Shown here one piece after another: positions 28,945 to 42,123 of a DNA stretch of 64,000 nucleotides. Each line of letters starts with the position of its first letter. Positions within the stretch are counted from its first letter, which is position 1. Source of the stretch: the human T2T-CHM13v2.0 reference genome, Homo sapiens; the NCBI RefSeq assembly GCF_009914755.1, contig NC_060926.1. The stretch is one strand, 5' to 3'. Below the pieces are notes generated by a model. It worked only from the letters and a program-made list of their open reading frames with translations. It ran no database searches and had not been told where the DNA came from. The position numbers and the translations under genes were made by a program.

Positions 28945-30506
28945 GTACATCTTTAGAATATCCTATGCCTTTAGGGCCACTATGTGCACTTCAAAGAGAA
29001 ACAGAAGACAGTGGCTGATTTTTAAATTATGATATTTTGTAGAGATTATTTTACAGGTTCTCTTATCAAAATTATTTTTTGAATTCTTCATTTTTCTAAA
29101 AAGATAATTTATCCTGCAAATTTTAATTTGTAAATTTTTTAATCTTTAAGCAGTTGGCACCTGAGATTGACATGTATTATTTTGTAGGGGTTGGTGGGAA
29201 TGTGAGATGTCAACAGTACAGATTATTTTCCCCGAAGAAGCAGATTCCGGGAGAGATGTTTATCCTTTTTAAATGACCAAAACTTCATATTTTTTTAGAC
29301 TTCAAAAACAAGTTTGTGAAATTTACAGCATTTGGTTCTTAAAAGAATATGGTGACTGCATCTAAAGTGTTATGACAGAGTACAGCTCAGGTTTAGAAAG
29401 CCATGTGATTCGTGAGTGTTTTTACCATTCTAAAAAGTACTTCATTCTTTTCACATCCTCACATAAAGAAAATCCCAAGTCATTGTTATTCACCCAACCA
29501 ACAGGCATTTTATTTTTTTAGCAATTCCTATGTGCCAGGCACTCTCCTAGGCACTGAAGATGCAGCAGGGAACAAATCCCTGTTTACCTGGAGCTTACAT
29601 GTAGTGGAGGGAGATGTACAGGTTATATATCCTCTAGTTTCAAATAGTAATAAGTGTTTGAAGAAAAAAAATAATTTTATAGTGCCTCCTTTTTATATAT
29701 TATTGTTATACTTTTCTAGAGAGTGGTTATTATTGTAAAAAAATAAAAGGATTCCTAGGTAAGGATACCATCTTAACAAGGATTCTCCAGCCATGGACTG
29801 AAATATTACATGTGTCAACACATCAGAGTACTGGAAGAGAAGAAAGTTCTTCCTTTTAAAAATATTACAGGAACCTCTGAGTTGAGGTCTTGTTTAACTT
29901 CTCCAATTATCCTTAACAGTTAAGAAGCAAAGGCAATTATTAAAGATTTGGTGACTCTAATTTGTGACACCAGGATAATTCAGTGTGGGGTGACAATTTG
30001 CTAATGTGATGGATTTCAGTACATGACAACATGATTGGGTGTATAATTTTTTCCCATATTTGTGCTAAATCTGTTTTTTCACGGATTTTGCTGTAGTTTT
30101 TTTTTTTTAATCTTTAATTGGCTTGAAGCCTTCTGTGTCTTTCTAGTACTTGTTATTATATGATTAATGACATGCCTTGGTAAAATGGTTGTTCTAGTAA
30201 GAAAATGCCTTATAGAGGAGATGTATTATATGCCAAAACTGGAATGCTCACAGGAATTCTCAGTCTTTTGTTTAGCTCTTAAAAATATCCTGGCAGAATT
30301 GTAAACCTTGGGACTGGCATGAAATGACTTGCCATTTTCCTCTTAAATTATTATTTAAAATGTTTTTTCCAAGTCTTATTTAAATTCTTCAGTGCTCGTT
30401 GACTCTCCTCACTTTTTTCCTAAGGAGTGTTCAGGCAAAATTTATTTTTAAGAAAAACCATGGTATGTTTTTAATATTATGCATATTTCTTTTTTCTTTT
30501 CATTAG

Positions 30507-30623
30507 GAGAAAGACCTTTGAATCTCCGAATGCCTAATTTACAGAACAGACAACCCCATCATTTTGTGGTGGATGGGGAGCTGAGCAGACTTTACCCCAG
30601 TGAGGCAAAGTCCCACTCATCAG
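30507..30623 (+). CDS. NAB1: NAB1 coding exon 6 ((G)[38 protein letters not shown])
   Basis: Polypyrimidine tract + TTAG| acceptor; CAG|GTGAGA donor; 117 nt, phase 1-1. Confidence 0.94.
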
Positions 30624-30701
30624 GTGAGAACGTGCTATATGATGAGAGGGTAACACTTGAATAAAAGCATCTTTAAATTCTGTTCTATTTCCTCCCCCAT
30701 C

Positions 30702-30724
30702 AAAAAAAAAAAAAAAAAAAAAAA
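30702..30724 (+). repeat. A23 homopolymer
   Basis: Direct count; no SINE body upstream. Confidence 0.95.
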
Positions 30725-30746
30725 GTCATTACTGACAGTGTTCCTA

Positions 30747-30959
30747 CAGGTTGAGTATCCCTAACTGGAAAATTCGAAATGCTTCAGGATCCAAAATGTT
30801 TTGAGTGTCAGAATGACACTCAAAGGAAACCCGCATTAGAACATTTCAGATTTGGGATGCTGAACCTTTGGTGTAATGCAAATAGTCCAAAATCTGAAAA
30901 AGCTCAAAATCCATAGCACTTCCTGGTCCCAGGCATTTTGGATAAGGGATGCTCAATTG
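30747..30959 (-). mobile_element. Tigger4a/MER46A-like (TcMar-Tigger) MITE
   Basis: TA + TIR CAGGTTGAGTATCCCT at the left end, ataagggatgctcaattg at the right end; internal hairpin TTTGAGTGTCA-gaa-TGACACTCAAA (30800-30824). Confidence 0.8.
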
Positions 30960-32053
30960 TCAGTTTTTCTCCCCTTGGAAGTGGTAGATTGCCATAACAC
31001 TGGCTGCTCTCACTAGTCTTTTTGCAAACTTCATATTCCGAACAATGACAGGGAAAACTCATGAAAGTTGAGATTACTTTGATTAGCCATTATATGAATG
31101 GTGATGTTTATATGAAAGTTTAATAATAAATAGCTGGTTTGAGTTGTGTTACTCCCTTTTTTGGCAATAACATAATATGAAATTGATGGACTACATGTTT
31201 GCTTTGACAGTGAGAAAACCTTGTGTATCAAAATCTAGACTTTTCATGCAGATGTATTTTGGAGGTGATACTCATATTTCAGAAGTAAACTGAATTCCAT
31301 AAAAGGATGAGCAGCTCCTTATCATAGTTAGATATTTACATATTTTTATCCAAGTAAAGTGAGTTAGACCTAGTTAAAGCATTAGAGACCAGCACAATTT
31401 GAAAGAATCTGTTATCATTCAAGTCTTTGAGTTAAAGTAACTTTAGGAGTCACTTAATCAACGTCACTGATTTTATAGATGAGGTAGCTAAAGCCAAATA
31501 AATAGCTCCAAATTTGCATTGTAAGTCAGCGGGAAATGTAGTTTTACAAGCATTAGGATTAAACCTGACTTTACATCTGTTATCTAGATAGAATGAATTA
31601 TGTATTTACTAGAAAAAAAGTGTTATCAAGAGCATTTATGTCTTTCAATTTTAGATCATACTCTTGGTAGCAGATGCTAAAAAGACGAGTTCTAAATAAT
31701 GTTCTGGTACTGTGACTTTAAAGCATGCTATTGCATACTTGATTGTAGCCATTTTAATAATGTCAAAGGGAGGTTGGGAAATTGAAATTATCCTAAAAAG
31801 ATGACATCCTGGTCTCATGTTTTCCATAACACAAAAAAAGTGATCTTTAAAGTTTTTTCAAAAACGAACAAAAAACGACTTTTTACCAATTTATATTCCT
31901 TAGAAGACTCTATGTAACAGGAATACTCCAATTACATTGATCATGTGTCTCATCATGGGGCATATTTACATATTTCATGGAGATATATTACATAGAGATA
32001 TAATTGATCTAGGTTTTTAGGTAGAACCGAATGAAGAAATGCCTGAAAAAGCG

Positions 32054-32430
32054 TCTTTCTTTCTCTTTTTCTTTCTTTCTTCCTTTCCTTTCTTTCCTTC
32101 CTTTCTTTCCTTTCTTTTCTTTCCTTTCTTTCTTTTCTTTTCTTCCTTTCTTTTCTTTTTTTGAGATGGAGTCTCGCTTTCTCGCCCAGGCTGGAGTGCA
32201 GTGGCTCAATCTCGGCTCACTCCAGCTCCTCCTCCCGGGTTTACGCCATTCTCCTGCCTCAGCCTCCCGAGTAGCTAGGACTACAAGTGCCCGCCACTGC
32301 ACCTGGCTAATTTTTTGTATTTTTAGTAGAGACGGGGTTTTACCGTGGTCTCAATCTCCTGACCTTGTGATCCGCCCGCCTCGGCCCCACAAAGTGCTGG
32401 GATTACAGGTGTGAGCCACTGTGCCCGGCC
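32054..32430 (-). mobile_element. AluY-like, antisense, with ~110-bp (TTTC/TTCC)n tail
   Basis: cgccattctcctgcctcagcctcccgagtagc, gtgatccgcccgcctcggcc; pyrimidine microsatellite 32054-32162. Confidence 0.9.
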
Positions 32431-32469
32431 ACCTTATTCTTTATTTTTAACTGAATAGGAATAATACAG

Positions 32470-32685
32470 GTTTCATACAGTGCAAGCCTGGGTCCAGATC
32501 TTAGCACCGGTACTTGACTGAGTGACCCTGACTGAGTTACTTAAGTACTCGTCCTTCAGTTGCTTCATTGGTAAAAGAGAAGTAATTTCTACCTCGTAGG
32601 GTAGTTAGGAGGATTAAACAAGATAGTGTACCTGCATCGTACACTATCTATTCCAGCCAGCAGGAATTCAATAAATAGTAGCTAC
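32470..32685 (+). mobile_element. MIR SINE
   Basis: gtgaccctgactgagttacttaa...cagttgcttcattggtaaaa...gggattaaacaagata. Confidence 0.65.
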
Positions 32686-33244
32686 TTTTTTTTACTACTC
32701 TTACGCGGAACTTAAAATCCCCTTCTGTTTAGATAGAGAGGATTCATAAATTGAGCTATTTAATTTCAGATAAGCTATTAGTATTGATTACTTTCTAGAA
32801 TCCAAGGTGTGAGTGTATGTGATGTGGATGTTTGCATGTATATGTGTGTGTACATATCTCCCAGTATTTGTACTTTACATAAAGGTTACATTTGATTGTT
32901 ATTCTGTAGTGTTTGTGTATGGTTGAAATAACTGTACACATAGAACTCCATGGAATGATTTCTCATGAAAATAGTGTTCATTATTTTATCCCTATTTCCC
33001 CTACCTTAATATGTCATTGTCGGAAAAACTTTAAAAAATAGTTCCAAGGTTATGAAGATATTTTTCAGTCTGATTCCTTCATTGATGGTAAATATTTTAA
33101 CCAGTAACAGTTATTTATGAATAATCAGCTTCCTTTTATATATTTATCATGTTGGATCAAGCATTAAATAAAAATTAATATATTCTATATGCTAAATGTT
33201 TTATGTGCATTTCATTATTTAACTTTCGTGCCACTTTATGTAGA

Positions 33245-33415
33245 TACTATTCCTATTTTATAAATGAAGACATTAAGGCTTAGAGAGGTGTATAACTTGC
33301 CCAGAGATGTATACATCTATACATATATGTATAGTATACATATATGTATACTATATGTATACATCTAGTAATTGGCAGAGTTGAAATTTAAATCCAGAAT
33401 CCAAGCTCTTAACAG
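33245..33415 (-). mobile_element. MIR SINE interrupted by a palindromic AT-rich insert
   Basis: cctatttttataaatgaagacattaaggcttagagagg...acttgcccag [insert] ctagtaattggcagagttgaaattta. Confidence 0.7.
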
Positions 33416-33566
33416 CTCTATGAACAAAAATTTTGCATGGAATTACAGAATCATGAATAGTTGATACTATTTGATATGGAGTTTGGGGGTTTGTTTTAAA
33501 ACTTTGTTTGATTTTTGTAGTCCATTGATTAAAATATCAACTCACTTTGTTTCCATTTTTATGTAG

Positions 33567-33655
33567 AGAGCCTTGGGATTTTAAAAGACTACCCTCATTC
33601 AGCTTTTACCTTAGAAAAGAAAGTCATCAAAACAGAGCCTGAAGATTCAAGATAG
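33567..33655 (+). CDS. NAB1: NAB1 terminal exon, coding part ((E)[28 protein letters not shown])
   Basis: TGTAG| acceptor; 89 nt to TAG at 33653-33655, completing a 1464-nt CDS. Confidence 0.95.
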
Positions 33656-34302
33656 CTGTGATTTCTCTCACCGTTCTCTGGAAATGGCATCAGATTTAAG
33701 GATAATACTCCATCATAGAAATAAGCCTTAATAACCAGTGTTGCCTCATTCAGCTCAAACAGATTTCATAGCCAAAGCAAAAGGACTGGTACGGTAGTCT
33801 GTGGAAACCAGGAAGATAAAACAACAGCCACAAAAGAGAAAATCAAGAGTGTTGCAATCTATAACAGTAATATTGATTCATTCACATTCCTGTGTTAAGT
33901 CATTTTATATGGAAAGGCTTACAAATCAATATTGTAAGCATTCATTATTTAAGAATGTACAATGTATTTGTGTAATTTATAGAAGTAAAATCTAGATGTT
34001 GAGACCTGTTTGGTCTAATAGATGTGGATACAGTTTATTTTACTTGAAATTTTGTTGTCTACTTTGTGTGTTTAACGTAAATATATGTCAGAGTTTAGAA
34101 TCTGCCTGCAGTTGTGAAAAAGAAAGCTTAAGTGATGCAGTTATTGGCAAGATTGCAATGATTATGGAAAAATAGAAAGCGAATACTCAGTTTAAGCCAA
34201 GGAAAATATTGTGGATTTAATATTTGATAAAACTGATTTTGTTTAACAGGAAATTTTTAGCATTCAGTCATATAACATCTGGTTATCAATGCACGTTTAC
34301 AC

Positions 34303-34308
34303 AATAAA
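34303..34308 (+). terminator. Candidate proximal polyadenylation signal AATAAA
   Basis: Canonical hexamer ~650 nt into the 3'UTR; downstream element is purine-rich, so weak. Confidence 0.35.
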
Positions 34309-36058
34309 TACTTGAGTGGAGGAAAGTTAAAAAGATGAGCAATAGAGTAGAAAATATATCTTAAACTAGTTGACCTAGATTGTATTAATAGCTACTTAAG
34401 ATGTTTCAAAGATAGGAAGCTATTGCTTGGACAGAGAACTTGAAATAAGTGGACCCATGTATAAAAGCTTTGACTTAAACATTGATATTTCAGAATGTGT
34501 TAAATAGATTAAGACACAGTAAGTTAACCCTACATGTTATAAAGATGGCGACTGTTAACAAAGGCTGTAACAGATTAAGTACTATTTTATATCCAGAAAG
34601 TCTTCTCTATGTAGAGAAGTCAGAGAGACTAGATGCTTTCACTAGGGAATGTCTTCCCACCCAGCCATCACAAATGTGGACAATCACTGCATCCACATCT
34701 GTAGGCATATTTCTATGGAAGTTTAATTGACAGCTATATTCATTATTTATTTTACAATTTCATTTTTCTACACCTTTGAGATTTATGAATGCAGTTTTTT
34801 CTTAAAATTTATTTTAACTTGACAGTATGTTTTTAGTTCCCCCAATTTAATTAATGGACCATGTGCATATATATGGGAGTGTGCTTACATGTTAATAATT
34901 TACTTGCATACTTATGAGAATTTCACATTGGAATTCATAATGGTAAAACAACATACATCTGCCAATATACGTTTTTTCTGTTGGTTTAAGAGAAGATAAC
35001 TGACAGCTTTACCTACTTCCTACAGATGCATCTAAACCCAGATATTACTGAGAAGAGTGTATTGACTCTGAGTGTAAGAGAGTATGTGTTTTTTTGTTTT
35101 TAGTTCTGCTCTAGATCATAATTGTAAAAAATATTAAGTCATAATCTGTTACACTAAAATTTGTCAGCCAAATGTTAGATGAAATGTCTGCACTGTAGTC
35201 TCAGATCACTGTCACGTATATAAATTGCTTCTTCATTTTAATTTGTAGAAGTACTTTACAGTAGGAAACGCCAGTAAACAACTTTTATACTGTTAAAAGG
35301 CTTTTTTCCCCTTCCTAAATGTTTTAATTGTACCATAGTGTTTTGCTCACTGAAGAAGCTTCTTATGGACCTTGCAACTTTGTTGCTAGCTTGAGGTTGA
35401 TTATTGTGGTTGTATTGTTCACTGTGTGTAGAAATAGTACGATTTCAATAGACTGTTCAGTTTTTAATATTAGCCATAGCACTGGTTAGTATATCTCAGT
35501 AGTTTCATGAAACGTTTCCTGTATTCTAATCTATTTTGAAACATTTTGTTTTTTTTTAATTGTGTCTTACAGTCAAGTTTGTAGATTTTCATAAGCCACA
35601 ATTTTAAAAGATGCAGTAATCTTCCAACTTCCAATATTTATCCATTCGTTGTGGACCCACAGATTGCATCTTTAAATTCATAATAAGTTTCCTTAACTAT
35701 CTTATGTTTCTAGTCTTTCAAGCTTAGTGATAAGGTGGAAGCACAAGAAAAATTTCAGTAGAATACAGTTTTTATTTTGTAAACACTAATGTATTAAACT
35801 TGCTATACATTAAAGCAAATAATATATATTTTTATTTGAATTGTATATGTGAATTGGAAGTTATAATTAGTTGATTTTTTCATTTTGTTAGAGGTATTTT
35901 CACTGAACAAGGTCAATTGGTTACCTCAGTATTACAGCCAATATAGTCCAAGGGACCATTTCTCCCCGAGTCTCTTACACTTTATTGTGCGATGTCCACG
36001 TTTTTGTGACTCTTCAAGCTGTTGGTGAGGTGGGACGAATGCACTTGCTTCCTGTGGC

Positions 36059-36064
36059 AATAAA
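36059..36064 (+). terminator. Distal polyadenylation signal AATAAA
   Basis: Canonical hexamer at the end of the repeat-free UTR, CA dinucleotides ~15-20 nt later, then TTTATGTTT. Confidence 0.75.
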
Positions 36065-37699
36065 GATTTTCTGTGCCTCACACATTTATGTTTATAGCAT
36101 TTTCTACATAGAAGTTTTCCAGTGACTAATATTAACCCACTCTACCTCGCTTATCTGCTTATTTAAGCTGGGTTTCAGTATTAAGGGACAAGAACTTACG
36201 TCTTAGGTTGGGACTAAATATTGTCAGCTACCGTCATTTCTAAAAAATGATTTGGTAAACAGGTTCTCAGTAGACTCTTGTCTGGCAGAGAGAGGTCAAT
36301 TTATATTCTCATTTATGTAGAAGTTTATGAAGACATTTTTAAAACTTCACCATTTCTAAATATTAATAAAAGGAACATTAGGATTTAACATCTATAATAC
36401 ATATATGTATAATATTAATGTGATTTGGGTTCAGTGTTATGGGTTAATTATATGAAATTGAGCTAACCTGTAGTAAAGAACCAGGAAGAACCTTTCAGCA
36501 AGTATTGATGAGTTCTATAGATTAATGAAGATCATCAGTGTGCCAAGCACTGTGCTAGGTGCCAGGGAAGAGGTAAAGGTCACAAACGAAATATATGATC
36601 CTTGCCCAAAACCTAGCTGGGTAGGAACTAATACCACTCACATAAAAATTTCAGTGCCTTACATATTGGGATGAGGAGCTGACATTTAAGTGCATTCTGT
36701 ATTAGGCAGACATTGTGGTAGCAGGCACTTCACAGGTGAGAGAAAGCACATTCAGTGAGTGAGATTCAGAAGAGATCGGTCAGGACTGAAATCAACATTC
36801 AGAGGTGGAGTTTGATAAAAAGCCATAGTGGCAGTACATTTCACTTTGAGGCTGCTTTTTTGTTGTTGTTTTTGTTGTTGTTGTTAAATTACTGCAATTT
36901 TATTTTGAAACTGCATGGCAGTTAGATCTGCTTGCCTGGGTAATCATTCCTTTGACGATCCACTAAATCTGTCAAAAGGCAGCGGGGAAAGGTGCTTTTC
37001 ATCTGTCCTTAATTAGTGAAACCACTTGGGTAAAAGCTTTAGGATTTGGTAATTATGAGACTACTAGCACCTAGTGTAACTTTACAACTATAGTTGACAC
37101 TATTTAAGACTTAAAAGCTAAATAAGTATGCAGGGAATTTCCTAACTTATGGTCTGTCCACTTGGGTCTCAAAATAAATAGTTAAGTATTATTAACACAA
37201 TGCCCATTTTGCTTGTGACTTAATGTACTACATCAAGTCTTCAAAAGAAAACCAAGGTATTAACCAACCTGATGAAGCCAGAAGGTCTGCCTCTTTTAGG
37301 AAATCAATTCAATTAGTAAGTAGCTGAAGTTAGAATTGAACAAACCTTGTATGTTTGTAACAGCTTGAATGACCAAATACAGTAGTTGCTCTTTTACTAA
37401 AAGCCACCATATGGTCCAGCTGTGCATGGGTGGTGTTTCAGGGAATGCAAGCTTCTTATCTGTGGGTGTCCTCATAAATGAAATTTGTAAGTAGGCCTCC
37501 AAAGTTAATAAGAGAATGATCCAATGCCTGACATTTTTATTGTAAATACAATTTAATATCAAAAATCTTACTGTTAACTATGTCCATAGTGATCCTGTAA
37601 GACAATTTTTTATTTCATGTAGAAGTGATCAAAAGCAAAATGCTGGAGCTAGGATTTTTCTTACTTTCTGAGTATGCAACAGTTAAACCTTTAAAACAT

Positions 37700-37964
37700 C
37701 TTTGGGAGGCTGAGGCGGGCAGATCACGAGGTCAGGAGGTCGAGACCATCCTGGCTAACACGGTGAAACCCCATCTCTACTAAAAAAAAAAAAATAGAAA
37801 AAAATTAGCCAGGCATGGTGGCGGGCGCCCGTAGTCCCAACTACACGGGAGGGTGAGGCAGGAGAATGGCATGAAGTCGGGAGGCGGAGCTTGGAGTGAG
37901 CCGAGATCATGCCACTGCACTCCAGCCTGGGCGACAGTGCAAAACTCCGTCTCAAAAAAAAAAA
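37700..37964 (+). mobile_element. 5'-truncated AluY
   Basis: gatcacgaggtcaggag, accatcctggctaacacggtgaaacc; TSD ending ATCTTTGG. Confidence 0.9.
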
Positions 37965-40809
37965 TCTTTGGCATCTGTTTCTGCTGACCTATGACATTTT
38001 TTTTTTGTGATCACCTCAAAGGTGTTTTTTATTTTTTGTGCAGAAAAGCCTAATCAGAAATTTATTTTTTAAGTTCATAATCAACTTATTAGAATGCAAA
38101 AATGTATTGTGCTTAAGGTTAAGTTCAGCTTACAAATCTTTACTTTCTAAGTTTAGCAAATCGTAATCACTTTTAAGGGAACTGTGAACTGGTTCTGTTT
38201 ACAAAGTTGGTTAATTAAGCCTTACTCTTTTATAGTCTTCCCATCTGTTAGGTCACACAATTCTTAAGTGTTAAAACGATGTCCTGTTAAATTCTAGGTC
38301 TCCCAGCTGTGTTTGACTATTTGGTCACAATTTCCAAATTGTTATTCTGACTGCTAAGTGATTTACTTTCAAAGTATTGCTCCAATAATGTTAAAGGTCT
38401 GGCTTCTACCACTTCATCTTAAAGGAATTTTTAATGAGTTTTTTTTTTTTTTAGCAATTGGGGTAAAACCCTCAAGGAACATCAGACTCACATAAAATAG
38501 TAATCTTAGTTCTTATTTCAACATCCATATGAAATCCTTAGTTACCATTATTTTTCCATTTTATTCTTTTAATTTTAAAATATTTGACAAAAAGATATTG
38601 AAGTATACAGTGTGATGGTTTTTTATACCAGTACATTGTATACTGATTACCACAATCAAGACACTGAAGTGGGAAATTACCTCTCCTAATTTTTGTTGAC
38701 TTTATATTTAGTGCACTTTAGTCAATTTAGTTATTAAATATCTTAAGAATAACTTTCAGTAAAATGTTTAAAAAATTTCCTCTGCACAGAGCATTATGCT
38801 ACATTTATGTAAATCGAGAAACCTACCTAAATACAGTTTTAAGTTTTAGAAGTTTCTATTGAAATGTTTGCTTTATTATACAATTCTATTTAAGTTTTCC
38901 ATTCTAACTTATTAAAAGAATCAGCTTCTTCAGTCTCTGAGAAGTAGTGATAGTTCAATGTTGACATCAAAACATAATGTTGCAAAATGTAGATTAAGTA
39001 CATCACATTGGTTCAAGATGGTAGTGCCACACATGTTAAAATCATGAACCCAATAATTTTTCTCACTTACTAAGAGTGACAAATTTTGTGAATTTCCTGT
39101 TAGTCCAAACAATTTGGTAATCAACCTAGCCTAGTTTTGCTGTGGGTGAGCACTAGTGATGGTATAAATTAGAATGTGCTTCATATGTACACATTCTGAA
39201 ACCTTATGAGTCATCTTTGCATTAGAAGTTTGCACCTCATAAATTTGTTCCAAGTGCCATGTTCAACACCCACACATAATCCCAAGCAAGCATGGCCATT
39301 CTCTCGTAACTGTCACAGACACCCTATGTTGGCAGGTCACTTAGGCTGCAGTATGTAGGAAGCTAGTTAAGTAGTGCATACGTAGGTGGCATCTTACTGG
39401 TAACTGTTTCAGCAGAGACATTTTATAATTTTCTGAGACTACCTATCGTCTTCGACTGTGAACTGTTAAACCAAACGTCTGTGGTCTAGCACCCACCATA
39501 CCCTGCTATTATCCTTCCCAAAAGACAAAGTGATTTTTTTTGGTAGCATGTTCTTACACTGTAGGCTCTTCAAAGTCTCATTGTTTTCATTATTTTCCCC
39601 CAAAAAGTATGTATTTTCCATCCCCAGATCCCTGACAACATAATGTAAGCATGTTTTTCATCAGCAGTTAAAATGAACTAGGTCATTCATTTTCTTTTTG
39701 AATTCAACCAATGTCTCCATCATCAGAAAATGCTCATACATTGACTTTTATGAGTTTCTTTTGCATATATTGGCTAACTTTCAAATTGGAGCACATCTTT
39801 CTGATTTTTATTGGTGAGAAGGCAACAGAAAAATTTGTATAGTGAGATAGGGACATCGCAGATACAGCCAGGTACTTGATTCCAATTCTTAGGATAATAA
39901 AAGGCAATTTCCACTTAAAAAATTAACATTAAAGGGGAAATTAATTAGAGGTTATGTAATTTATTCAAAGAGAGAACAATTTTAATATATTTTAATATTT
40001 AAAAGTGAGAGGAGAGGATTCCATTTCTCAAGACTTTTCCATTTCATGTCACAGGTATGTGACAGCTGGCTTATAAGGGAAGTCACTTTTTCTATGATTT
40101 CTTATTTAAAAGACAGGATCTAGTTCTGCCTTGCAAAGCAAAAGATTTAAAACTCAGGCTTATATTCTTAATCTGGTAGGTAGTGCCATATAAAAAATCC
40201 TCCATTTCCTAGCACTGGGCCAACTACTTTACATGTAATCCTCTGCAACTCCAGGAGGTACTTATCACCCCCATTTTGCAGATGAGAAAACAGACGTCTC
40301 AAGAGATAATAGTTATTCCACAACTAGTAGTAGGAACTTAAGCCAGTCACTTGTTCATGAGCACCCGATCCTGTCAAATATCCTTTGAACTGAGTGGCCT
40401 GTACTATGTGTAGACATTTTACATGGTAAACACTTTATAGATAAAGCTTGAATACACACATGTGGAAAGAACTAGGCCATATGTGAGTACTGATCAGCTG
40501 GTTGTTAGTGGTGTCTAGCCTGCAGCAGAGGCTTCCCAAAGAAAGTAAACATCAAGCCTTTCTGAAGGCAGCTACTGAAGCGGAGAAGTGAAAGGGCATT
40601 GCAGGGCTTTGGAATTAGCATGTCTGAAAGGCCCAGGTTGGGAAGCAGAAAAGCTACATTCCAATACCACTGGAAAATGTAATGGACTAAAGCAGAAAAT
40701 TCAAATAAAAGTTTAATTAGATATAAAACATCTAGAAAAGAGTGCCTACTAAATGAAATCCTTTGAAACTCATACAAAGTTCTCATTCAATCTGGGAAGC
40801 AATTAGAAG

Positions 40810-40988
40810 TTGTTTTGTTTGTTTTTGTTTTTTGAGACAGGGTATTGTTCTCTTGCCCAGGCTCGAGTGCAGTGGTGCAATCTTGGCTTGCTGTAACCTC
40901 TGCCTCCTGGGCCCAAGCAATCCTCTCACCTCAGCCTCCTGAATAGCTGGGACTGCAGGTGTGCGCTACCATGCTCAGCTAATATTTT
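40810..40988 (-). mobile_element. Alu right monomer (FRAM/AluJ), antisense
   Basis: tttgagacagggt...gggactgcaggtgtgcgctaccatgctcagctaat. Confidence 0.85.
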
Positions 40989-41803
40989 AAGGTTTATAAG
41001 CTGTTCCAAGACGCCCCCAAAGGGCTTGATTCTGGCTATGTTATGTGGAGGCAGTGACTAGGAAGCTGTTGCGGTTGTTCACCCTTCAGGTGGTCAAACT
41101 TGAGCAGTGACAATAAAGACCAAGGGGAACAAGAGTGAAGGATATGCAATTATTCAATTATTCATTCATTTAGCAAGCATTTGTTAAGCCACCTGCTTAA
41201 AAATGCCCAGGCATAGTGTTAGGAACTGCCCTTTAGGGACACAAATTAGCTAGGTTTCAAACCATGGTTTAACTTAATTTGCATCTCCAAATTTCACTCA
41301 CAAATTATTTATTAATTACAAAGGAGACAAGTCAATTTTACAATAGTGAACTCTAGACTATTCTCCCTTCTTGCGCTAAGTGGAAAATTCTAGAAATAAC
41401 ACCTTTATTTAAAGGTTGCAAGGCTATCTTTATCATTAGTTGTGACCTAATTAATCCGTTTCACAAACCAACAAATTTGGCACTATTATCCTCATCTTAT
41501 AAAGGAGAAACTGCACCAAGAAATTTAGGAACTCATTGATACCTAGAGAAGAAATCAGTTTGCAGGTGATAAGTATTATTTTTGCTCTGGTTTCTGTCTG
41601 TAATGAGAAGGAAAAATCAGATTGTGCATTTTAAAAATATAGGTTTTCTCCAGCTCCTTGATGTGGGCTAGTGTGAGGGCCCTAATAAGACAGTTGTGCA
41701 GGGACTGAGGAAGCAGCAGCACAGCAGCATAGCTACTGATGACTTGAGAGAAATTCAAAATTAAATGTAAGTATTATATTTTACCTGTGTCTTAAATTGA
41801 GGG

Positions 41804-42123
<320 letters not shown>

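Larger units (their letters stand above)
33656..36083 (+). other. NAB1: NAB1 3'UTR (~2.4 kb, AU-rich, no recognisable repeats)
   Basis: Follows the stop codon; no Alu/L1/MIR recognised; ends ~20 nt after AATAAA at 36059 with T/GT-rich sequence downstream. Cleavage site approximate. Confidence 0.8.

Noticed and set aside
30800-30824. 11-bp stem hairpin
   Set aside because: Intrinsic internal palindrome of the Tigger4a-like MITE; too short for a pre-miRNA.
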